Origin: an uncultured Acetatifactor sp.
GTDB lineage: Bacteria > Bacillota > Clostridia > Lachnospirales > Lachnospiraceae
DNA: 64,000 nucleotides
Assembly (NCBI GenBank): GCA_964529395.1
Contig: CAZGVI010000013.1
Span: 5,147-69,146 of the forward strand
Direction of reading: 5' to 3'
Part shown: piece after piece, positions 18,082 through 26,296 of the stretch
Numbering within the stretch: position 1 is the first letter of the stretch
How the letters are laid out: every line of letters starts with the position of its first letter
Program-made: the position numbers and the translations under genes
The notes under the pieces: generated by a model
What the model was told of the DNA's origin: nothing
The model's database searches: none
The model's input: only the letters and a program-made list of their open reading frames with translations

Positions 18082-19224
18082 TTACTCTCCTGTGATACCC
18101 ACCCGGTCGATACTCTCCACGAAGTATCTCTGCAATACAAAATACATGAGCAGAATGGGCAGGATACTGAGCATGGTTCCCGCCATGCTGATGGACTCGT
18201 TTAACGTGACCGCCCCGCTGGCCTCCGTCTGGGCATAGCTGTTATAGTTTGCCGCGAACTTCTGCAGCTGTACCACCAATGTAGTCCATTTGGACTGGGT
18301 CATGACGCCGGACACATACATCCGGGTCAGATAAGAGTTGTTCCAGTACCACACAAAGGAGAACAGGAACACTGTAAGTATCGCCGGGGCCGCGGAGGGC
18401 AGAGAGATCCGCACAAAGGACTTAAAATATCCCGCGCCGTCGATCTGGGCCGCCTCTATCAGCACCTTGGGTACCTGTTTGAAGAACTGATAAAAGATCA
18501 GGATAAATATGGAGGCGTTGATACCCTGAGCCAGCAGCGAGGGCACCACAAATGCCCATAGCGTACTGAGTATCTTCAGGTTCGAGTACAGCACATAGGT
18601 GGGGATCATCGTTACCTGGCTGGGCAGGATAAAGGTGAAAATGATAATGCCCATCATGATCTTTTTGCCGGGAAACTCAAATCTCGCCAGTCCGTAACCC
18701 ACGATGGAGCAGGACAGCACGTTCAGCAGCGTGGGAACGCCCGCTATGATGATGCTCAGGCCCAATACCGGCCAGAAGTTCATGCTGGAACCAGCCTGGG
18801 CATAGTTTTTGAAGTTAAGGCTGCTGGGGATCCAGTTAATGGAGGAATCCAGCAGATCGTCCAGCGTCATCAGGGAGCTGCTGAGCATATACAGGATCGG
18901 ATACAGATAGATGAATCCGATACAGATCAGCAGAGCATACACCACGAACTGTTTCAGGAAACCCTCTTTTTCTCTGGAACCCATAAAGAACTTTTTGATC
19001 CGGTCCTTCTCCACATCTGTCAGCTTGTGAGGTTTCCAGTTCCATTTTTCCTTAGCCACGGCTTTGTTTCCGGTACCCTTGGATCCGCTCTCAGCAGCCC
19101 CGGAAACTGTTTTCGTAGTATTGGAGACTGTTTTAGTAGTCTCGGAGACTGTTTTAATAGTCTCCACTGCCGTCGTAGGTTGAGTATTTGCGCTTTTTCC
19201 TTGCTTTTTCAATCTTCCTGGCAT
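18082..19224 (-). CDS. Carbohydrate ABC transporter permease (MalG-like) with repeat-containing N-terminal extension
   Basis: EAA loop EAAQIDGAG; 6 TM segments; start uncertain (overlaps upstream gene by 71 nt). Confidence 0.88.
   Translation of the reverse strand: MPGRLKKQGKSANTQPTTAVETIKTVSETTKTVSNTTKTVSGAAESGSKGTGNKAVAKEKWNWKPHKLTDVEKDRIKKFFMGSREKEGFLKQFVVYALLICIGFIYLYPILYMLSSSLMTLDDLLDSSINWIPSSLNFKNYAQAGSSMNFWPVLGLSIIIAGVPTLLNVLSCSIVGYGLARFEFPGKKIMMGIIIFTFILPSQVTMIPTYVLYSNLKILSTLWAFVVPSLLAQGINASIFILIFYQFFKQVPKVLIEAAQIDGAGYFKSFVRISLPSAAPAILTVFLFSFVWYWNNSYLTRMYVSGVMTQSKWTTLVVQLQKFAANYNSYAQTEASGAVTLNESISMAGTMLSILPILLMYFVLQRYFVESIDRVGITGE
19106..19168 (-). repeat. 21-bp imperfect tandem repeat x3 encoding ETIKTVS/ETTKTVS/NTTKTVS
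   Basis: actgttttcgtagtattggag / actgttttagtagtctcggag / actgttttaatagtctcc. Confidence 0.85.
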
Positions 19225-20221
19225 TGCGGATTCCCCTCCTTTCGATACGCTTTACGGTTCTCGCCTCTTTCTTTCTCTCCCGTTTCGCGCGTTTCACCTG
19301 TCGTTCATATACGTCCTTGCGAGCCATCAACAGCACCGCGAATACCACCACGATCAGCACTACCACCAGAGAGTAAAGCCATGCCATGGCGGATGCGTAG
19401 CCGTAGCCCTTCTCCTTGGTTCCCGAGAACATGGAATCCTGGATCAGAGTGATGATGGCATTCTGCTCATTGCCGGAGATAAACACCACCGTATACACCA
19501 CGTTCAGCAGGATCATGGGTTTGATGGTGGGCAGTGTGATCTTCCAGAAACACTCCCACCCGGAACCGCCGTCGATCTGCGCCGCCTCATACATGGAACT
19601 GTCTATCTTTTGCAGGGCGGACAGGAAGATCAGGATCTGAACGCCGGAGTACCACAGGATCGTTATCATATTGCTGAACAGCTCCGTGATACTGCTGGCC
19701 AGCGACCTGGGCAAAAAACCCGAGATCGCGTTGCCGATGGCCTGGGTGTCAATGGTGGAGATAGTGGCCGCGCCCTGGTCCGCCAACATCCCCATCACAG
19801 GACCGCTGACCACGATCACCGGCAGGAAGAAGATCAGCCGGAAGAATCCTTTGCACCGGATATTGCCGTTGAGCAAAATAGCGATGATCAGCGCGAACAC
19901 TACGATCACCGGCACCGATATAATGGTGCTGAACAGGTACTGCATCAGTTGGGGGGTAAAATCCGTATCCACCAACAGGATCTGCGTGTAATTGCCCAGT
20001 CCCACAAAATTAAAGTTCTTGCCCATGGGAGTGATACGGATATTGTTAAGGCCGTACCAGAAAGAGCTGCCCATGGTGTAGATCAGGAAGACAGCCGCGC
20101 CGATGATCCAGGGAGTCACGAAGATCAATCCGGTGATGGCTTCCCGCCGGGCCAGACGCCCGGGCTTGATTTTAACTTTCGCCTTTTTTTCTTTTCTGCT
20201 CTCTTTACTCATCGCCATCAC
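19154..20221 (-). CDS. Sugar ABC transporter permease (MalF-like)
   Basis: MYEAAQIDGGSGWECFWKITLP EAA motif; basic C-terminal tail. Confidence 0.9.
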   Translation of the reverse strand: MMAMSKESRKEKKAKVKIKPGRLARREAITGLIFVTPWIIGAAVFLIYTMGSSFWYGLNNIRITPMGKNFNFVGLGNYTQILLVDTDFTPQLMQYLFSTIISVPVIVVFALIIAILLNGNIRCKGFFRLIFFLPVIVVSGPVMGMLADQGAATISTIDTQAIGNAISGFLPRSLASSITELFSNMITILWYSGVQILIFLSALQKIDSSMYEAAQIDGGSGWECFWKITLPTIKPMILLNVVYTVVFISGNEQNAIITLIQDSMFSGTKEKGYGYASAMAWLYSLVVVLIVVVFAVLLMARKDVYERQVKRAKRERKKEARTVKRIERRGIRNARKIEKARKKRKYSTYDGSGDY

Positions 20222-22407
20222 TCACCTGCCTTATAGGACAAACCTTCAATGGTCACGCCGTCCACTGTCACTGCGTCCTGGTTGTAGTTGATATAGAATA
20301 CTACGCCGTTGTCATAGGTTACTTTGTTTACGCCCTCCGCCAGTTTCTCATGTCTGACGATCATGGCGTCCCCGGTCAACGCCGCTACCTGCCTGAAGTC
20401 CGCGTCATACTCTATGATGGTATCCTTGTAGGAAGAATACTTGGTGCTGTACAGGTCGGCGGAATTGGTATAGATCAGATCCGCCGAATCCTCATAGGTC
20501 ACATAGAAGGAAGGATATACCCCGGACTCTATCATCTGCAGCCTGAACTCCTGCTTGTTGGCCTCAAAGTTCACATACTCCGAGTACATGGGGACGATCC
20601 CTTTGAGCACGATGGAGAAGAAAGGAACCTCCTCGTCCTCATACATGAAATCGGAAGTGCCCAGCGGCATATCGATCATGGCCTCCGTGTAGTTCCACAG
20701 ATAGGCAAAGGGCTTTTCCAGGATCAGGCTGGTCTGTTTGGATATGTCAGCAATACTGCTCTCATAGGCATCCGCCGTGAACAACCGGTCATAATAACTG
20801 CCGCTGTAGCTGTAGGAAAACAGATTGCCCGTGATGCCCGCCACCGCCAGATTATCCACGCCCTTTGCGGTATAGCTCTTAACAAACTTATCCAGATTGT
20901 AATCGCTTCTGTTGGGCAGCAGATAGTTGAAGGTATCGTACACATAATCTCTGGTCTGGATCTCCAGCCTTCTCTTATTCACTTTTTTCACGATATTAAA
21001 GGTGGTATTGCTCTCCGCGGGGTTGGCCCGCAGCGCGTCGTTGTACAGGTAAACGTCATAGCCTGCGGATTCCGAATCCTGGATCAGATCCGTCAGCGCT
21101 CCTGTTCCGCCGATCTTACCGTCCGCTTTGTATTTGCTGATGGGGATCTGGTACATGCCGCCCTTCTGCCAGCCCTTGTAAATGCTCAGCAGCGTGTTCA
21201 CACCCGCGCTTTGCAGTTCCCCGAAGATCTCCCGCACCTGGTCCACATCCGTCATGACCACCGCCCTGGTGGAGATCAGGAACTCCTCTCTGTCTGTCCC
21301 CAGGAAATCCACCCGGGTCTTGTAGCTGTTGTCCCGGCGCTGTATCAGGTTATTGTCCAGCAGGTAATTGCGGTAAGCCACCGCCATGCCCGAATATCCC
21401 GCATCCTCTCCGGAGAGCAGTATGTAGCGGACTTTCAGATTGCCGTGAGTCCTGTCCGCCTCCACGCTGGTCATGGTTCCGGAGTTGGAATTGTTCAGGG
21501 GCTGAATATAGGTCCGGCGCAGTAAAAACCGCGCGTAACATCTGTTGTAATCCACCATGACGCCGTTGGGCTGGGCCTCAATGCTTGCCCTTTTTTCCCC
21601 CTCCTCCACGATGGCCAGATAGGCCAGCCCATCGTCGGTGTGGGCCATGCCGAACACAGGCGCCAGTACTTTCTCCGATTCGTTGACCGTCTGGTATCTG
21701 CCCCACAGCAGAGTCTCGGTGGTGGATTCCGTAAAGCCCGCGTCCGCGCCGTAGATCATCTGGGAGTAACCGCTGGCGTAGCGCCCGTCCTTATCGTCCA
21801 GATAGATCAGCGCGCCGTTGCCGTCCGGAATGAACATGTAACCCGCCTGATTGTCCAGATAGCTGTAACCAAACATGGGGAAGAGGCTTACCGTTCCGAT
21901 ATAGGAGTCGGTTCCGTTCTCCACGATGGAGTCCTCCGGCACCTCCGCCACCAGTTCGTCCCCCTCCAGAGTCACCCTCACCGTAAGGCCGAAATCATAT
22001 TCCTTCCAGTAGATCCTGGCTGCAAAACCATTGTCCTCATAGCTGTAGTCGATGGTGTTGGCGCAGCTCACCAGATCCACCTGATAGGTGTCGTTGGCAT
22101 TTTTGATGGCGCTGAGCACCACGCCGGACTGCATGTAGGCCGTCCATGTCTTGTTGTTGGCTCCGTTGTCGTCCTCCTCGGAAAGGGTGGATAAAAGGAG
22201 CGCTCCCGTAGCCTTATTTTTCAATATAATGGACAGCGTAGGCTCATAGAGGTACAGTTCATAGCTATCGCTCTCCGCCACCTTGCTGTAATCGGCCGGA
22301 ATATCCCCGGCCGCCCGGGCTGTCATACTGAATTGCGGGATCGACAGCACCAGCAGAAAAGCCGCCACAAGGATACAGATACTTTTTTTCAATCCTTTAA
22401 TTGCCAA
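20218..22407 (-). CDS. Secreted DUF5696-like protein
   Basis: Signal peptide ending ARA; GYMFIPDGNGALI and PVFG motifs; probable TTG start at 22407 after GAGGTGG (track start 22470). Confidence 0.7.
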   Translation of the reverse strand: MAIKGLKKSICILVAAFLLVLSIPQFSMTARAAGDIPADYSKVAESDSYELYLYEPTLSIILKNKATGALLLSTLSEEDDNGANNKTWTAYMQSGVVLSAIKNANDTYQVDLVSCANTIDYSYEDNGFAARIYWKEYDFGLTVRVTLEGDELVAEVPEDSIVENGTDSYIGTVSLFPMFGYSYLDNQAGYMFIPDGNGALIYLDDKDGRYASGYSQMIYGADAGFTESTTETLLWGRYQTVNESEKVLAPVFGMAHTDDGLAYLAIVEEGEKRASIEAQPNGVMVDYNRCYARFLLRRTYIQPLNNSNSGTMTSVEADRTHGNLKVRYILLSGEDAGYSGMAVAYRNYLLDNNLIQRRDNSYKTRVDFLGTDREEFLISTRAVVMTDVDQVREIFGELQSAGVNTLLSIYKGWQKGGMYQIPISKYKADGKIGGTGALTDLIQDSESAGYDVYLYNDALRANPAESNTTFNIVKKVNKRRLEIQTRDYVYDTFNYLLPNRSDYNLDKFVKSYTAKGVDNLAVAGITGNLFSYSYSGSYYDRLFTADAYESSIADISKQTSLILEKPFAYLWNYTEAMIDMPLGTSDFMYEDEEVPFFSIVLKGIVPMYSEYVNFEANKQEFRLQMIESGVYPSFYVTYEDSADLIYTNSADLYSTKYSSYKDTIIEYDADFRQVAALTGDAMIVRHEKLAEGVNKVTYDNGVVFYINYNQDAVTVDGVTIEGLSYKAGE

Positions 22408-24448
22408 TTCGATACACCACCTCTCCGCCGATGGCGCTGATAAATTCAAATACCTGCGCCCATAGTACATAGATGATAAAGAGTAACAGTGCCATGATCA
22501 ATATGGTAAACGCCGTCAGACACAGGACCTTGAAAGTCTCCTTGGCCGTGTAGTTATTGACTTCCTTGACCGCCAGTACAAACAGCACCGTCACCCAGGC
22601 ATAGATGGCGCAGTAGCCAAAACTGATCAGGAACTGCTCGTTGATCGTCACCACATGGGACAGCAGGAATATCACCGGGATCAAAGTCACATAGGGGGTC
22701 AGGCAGTACGTAAAGGAACAATAGATCTTCTTTACCGTGCCCTCACCGTCATTGATGGTACACACCAGATAGTTACAGGCGGTCAATGCCAACAGCACCA
22801 CCACCACCATGCCGATATCGGAAAAGATCTCATAGCGCCCTTCCCGCACGGTCTTTTGCAGGAAACCGCACAGATACTTGTTGATCATGTATTCCACGGT
22901 GAACAGCACCACCAAAAGGTTGGCTGTAAGCAGGGACGCCCTGCCCTCCCTGGCAATGCCGTAGCAGCCGTCTATAGGATGTCTCATAAAGTACCAGGCA
23001 TATTTAAAGTCCCTGACGCGCCTGTTCTTGCTCAGATTCTCTGAGACCTTCCGCAGGGGCGCGAGGATACCCTTTTTCTTATCCAGCGCTTTCACCGCCT
23101 TGCAGACAGCCCAGAAGATCACGATCGCCCAGATAATGGGAACGATCCATTTTTTCAGCCAGAGGTTACGCACCTCCCAGGTGGCGTCGGAATAACCCTG
23201 ATAGTCCTTGGCCAGCTTGGCGTAATACCGGGCCATCTCGTAGTTCTCCTCCTGGAAATAGGCCCTGCCCATAGCCATGTTGGCATAGTCAAACATGCTG
23301 TTCATCTTCAGCACTTCCTGAAGCGGCGCCTTGCTCTCCGTATAACGCCCCGTGGAATAAAGGTTCAGCGCCTCATGCAGCAGGTCGGTGAACTCGGTGG
23401 GTTCATAGACCTGTATCTGCGCCTTGTCGGAGTCCAAGATATACAGCCGGTCCTGCAGGTCCACGTCAATGGCGCTGACCACGGTACACAGACCCACGCG
23501 CTGGGTCCCGTCGTCGGAACCGCCAAACACAAAGAGCGCCTCGCCCTCGCTGTTGAACTCATACACAAAACCCTGCTGAGATACCATGAATACATTGTCG
23601 TGATTGCCCGCAGCCACAGCCGCCGGTATATCGTCGTAGGTATCCGGCTCGATCACATTCTTACCGGCGATGTTCAGCCGCTTTAAAGTATTCTCCTCCT
23701 CCCCTCTGGTCACCGTGTAGATCAGGCCCTTGCCGTCGATACAGAGGTTGTCGGGTGTGGAGGGAATATTGGAGACCATCTTTGCCCTCTGGGCCTTGGT
23801 TGCCAATGCCCTGCGGATAATGATCATGGGAGAATTGGAGGCCATATTGGTGCCGAAGTACCCCAGGAAAGTTCCGCCGTCTATGGGAGAGATCTCCACG
23901 ATGCCGTTGGTGTTGGACTCACAGATCACATACATGATCCCCGCGTCGTTGACCACCAGCTTGATGGGCAAAAAGCTCAGTGCCTCGCCGTACAGGGGAG
24001 AATCCGGTTTGCCGTAGCGGTTTAACATCTGTCCCTCCGGATCAAACTCAAACACCGCCTCCGCGTCCCGGTCGGCCACATACACATGCCCGTTCTCCGT
24101 CACATACACGCCCCGGGGGGATACCAGCGTTCCCTCGCCGATGGTCTGCAGCAGATTGCCCTCCAGATCGCCCACCACAATACGGGCGTTGCCTGTATCC
24201 GCCACATAGACCCTGCCCTCGTCCGTCACATGCAGATCGCTGGGACCGCTCAGCGCCTCGTCGTCAAACTTAGTGATGGTCTCGTAGGGCAGGTACGCCG
24301 TCTGTGTCTGGATCATATAGCCGTAGCCGTCAAAAGTAAAGGTCTTGTAAGGCGCGTCCGCTCCCGCGGAAATCATGCTGCCAAGCAGCAGCACCGCCGC
24401 AAAAAGGCTTAAGGCTATTCGTTTGAAATGTTTTTTCATCTTTTTCAT
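22397..24448 (-). CDS. NHL beta-propeller / TPR / Yip1-domain membrane protein
   Basis: Signal peptide; NHL repeats (PSDLHVTDEGRVYVADTGNARIVV, PRGVYVTENGHVYVAD); TPR-like helices; C-terminal multi-TM Yip1-like region. Confidence 0.75.
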   Translation of the reverse strand: MKKMKKHFKRIALSLFAAVLLLGSMISAGADAPYKTFTFDGYGYMIQTQTAYLPYETITKFDDEALSGPSDLHVTDEGRVYVADTGNARIVVGDLEGNLLQTIGEGTLVSPRGVYVTENGHVYVADRDAEAVFEFDPEGQMLNRYGKPDSPLYGEALSFLPIKLVVNDAGIMYVICESNTNGIVEISPIDGGTFLGYFGTNMASNSPMIIIRRALATKAQRAKMVSNIPSTPDNLCIDGKGLIYTVTRGEEENTLKRLNIAGKNVIEPDTYDDIPAAVAAGNHDNVFMVSQQGFVYEFNSEGEALFVFGGSDDGTQRVGLCTVVSAIDVDLQDRLYILDSDKAQIQVYEPTEFTDLLHEALNLYSTGRYTESKAPLQEVLKMNSMFDYANMAMGRAYFQEENYEMARYYAKLAKDYQGYSDATWEVRNLWLKKWIVPIIWAIVIFWAVCKAVKALDKKKGILAPLRKVSENLSKNRRVRDFKYAWYFMRHPIDGCYGIAREGRASLLTANLLVVLFTVEYMINKYLCGFLQKTVREGRYEIFSDIGMVVVVLLALTACNYLVCTINDGEGTVKKIYCSFTYCLTPYVTLIPVIFLLSHVVTINEQFLISFGYCAIYAWVTVLFVLAVKEVNNYTAKETFKVLCLTAFTILIMALLLFIIYVLWAQVFEFISAIGGEVVYRIGN

Positions 24449-24469
24449 TTCTCTTTCTCACCTTTTCCT

Positions 24470-25339
24470 TTACTTGATGCCGGAGTGTGCCATGGTGTTC
24501 ATGACATTCTTCTGCAATATGATAAACAGTACCAGATTGGGGATAAACATGATCAGGGACGCAGCAGCAGCCATACCCTGTCCGGCCACGGTGTTGTTGG
24601 CGTTGGCCAGGGTGTTCATGTAGAAGGTCAGCGTCTTCATGCTGTCGTCGTTCACAAAATAGTTGGAAGTCTCCATATTGGTCCAAACCTGCTGGAACAC
24701 CAGAATGGAGGCCGTGGCGATGGCGGGCTTTATCATGGGGATGATGATCTTCAGATACACCTGCCAGTCTGTGGCGCCGTCCATATAGGCCGCCTCCATC
24801 AGGGAGTCCGGCACCTGGTCCACAAACTGTTTCACCAAAAACAGTGCTACCGGCATCGCCACCAGAGGCAGTATATGCGCCAGGTAGCTGTCCACCATAC
24901 CGGTCTTGCTGATGACCAGATACCTGGGGATCAACACGGCGGTAGCCACGAACATGATGGCGGTCTGGTTGATGTTCAGCAGCGTGTTCTTGGCTCTGAA
25001 CTTGATCTTGGACAGCGCGAAGGCCGCGCAGGTGGTCAGCAGCAGGGACAGAAAGATGGTCACCAGCGTCACGATCAGACTGTTGAACACATAACGGCTC
25101 ATGGGGATGCCCGAGGTGCGGCTGGCCTTGATCAGGCTTTCAAAATTCTCCAGCGTGGCGTTTCTAACAAAAAAGGTAGGAGGAAACGCGAACAGCTCTT
25201 CCATGGGCTTAAACGCATGGTTGATGATGAATACGATGGGTAAGGCCATGAAGATGACCAGAGGCAGCAGGATCACGATGATCTTGATCTGGCTCTTCTC
25301 AAATCTGGTCGGATTGATGCGATGTCCTTTATATGCCAT
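24470..25339 (-). CDS. Carbohydrate ABC transporter permease (MalG-like)
   Basis: LMEAAYMDGATDW EAA motif. Confidence 0.9.
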   Translation of the reverse strand: MAYKGHRINPTRFEKSQIKIIVILLPLVIFMALPIVFIINHAFKPMEELFAFPPTFFVRNATLENFESLIKASRTSGIPMSRYVFNSLIVTLVTIFLSLLLTTCAAFALSKIKFRAKNTLLNINQTAIMFVATAVLIPRYLVISKTGMVDSYLAHILPLVAMPVALFLVKQFVDQVPDSLMEAAYMDGATDWQVYLKIIIPMIKPAIATASILVFQQVWTNMETSNYFVNDDSMKTLTFYMNTLANANNTVAGQGMAAAASLIMFIPNLVLFIILQKNVMNTMAHSGIK

Positions 25340-25357
25340 ATCTTATTTTCCTCCTTT

Positions 25358-26281
25358 CTAAAAATCGTCTCTCTCTCCAAAGAGCCTGTCGGCCACCTTG
25401 GAGAACAACTGTACAATGAGCAGCAGCACTACGGATACCGCCGCCGCGTAGCCCATCTCATAGCGCAGGAACCCGTAATCCTCGATATGGTTCACGATGA
25501 GCTGGGAGACATAGCCCGGCGAAGGGTTGCCCGTCAGCAGCGTAAAGATCGTACCCGCCTGAAAAGCGTTGACGATGGCCATGACCGCCGCGAACAGCAT
25601 CTGCGGTTTCATGCTGGGAATGACTATGTAGATCATCTCCTGGAACCTGTTTTTGATACCGTCGATGGCTCCCGCCTCATACAGGGATTCATCCGTATTC
25701 AGAATACCGGCGATCAGGGATAAAAAGCCGATACCCATGCTGGACCAAAGGCCGATGACAATGACGATGGGCAACAGATAATTGGCATTGATCAACCAGA
25801 TCACCGGCTCGTTCAATACACCCAGACTCATGAGCCAGCTATTCAGAAGGCCGGTCTGGTCGCCGGAAAAGATCACCTTCCACACCACCGTCATGGCTAC
25901 GCCCGCCGTCATGCTGGGGGAGTACAGGATCAGCGCGAATACCGTCCTGAAACCCTTGGTCAGATTGCACAGCGCCCAGGCCAGGACAAAGGACAGTACA
26001 TAGCCGCCCACGCCCACGATCAACGCGTATACCACGGTGTTGGGCAGGACATGCTGCATAAATACCTCGTCGTTGGTCAGCACGGTTATGTAATTCAGAA
26101 AGCCTACCCAGGACGGGAACTCGATGGCGTTAAAGTTGGTGAAGGATAATACCACCGCCAGCAGCACCGGTACCAGGATGAATACGGTAAAGGCCAGACC
26201 GTAGGGCGCGATGAACAGATATCCGTTTTTGTTGTTGCTGCGCCTGCTTATTTTATTCTTTTTTACTTTGCTATCAGCCAT
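25358..26281 (-). CDS. Sugar ABC transporter permease (MalF-like)
   Basis: [16 protein letters not shown] motif; likely start MADSK at 26281 (track start 26293). Confidence 0.9.
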   Translation of the reverse strand: MADSKVKKNKISRRSNNKNGYLFIAPYGLAFTVFILVPVLLAVVLSFTNFNAIEFPSWVGFLNYITVLTNDEVFMQHVLPNTVVYALIVGVGGYVLSFVLAWALCNLTKGFRTVFALILYSPSMTAGVAMTVVWKVIFSGDQTGLLNSWLMSLGVLNEPVIWLINANYLLPIVIVIGLWSSMGIGFLSLIAGILNTDESLYEAGAIDGIKNRFQEMIYIVIPSMKPQMLFAAVMAIVNAFQAGTIFTLLTGNPSPGYVSQLIVNHIEDYGFLRYEMGYAAAVSVVLLLIVQLFSKVADRLFGERDDF

Positions 26282-26296
26282 AAATATCCTCACCTC

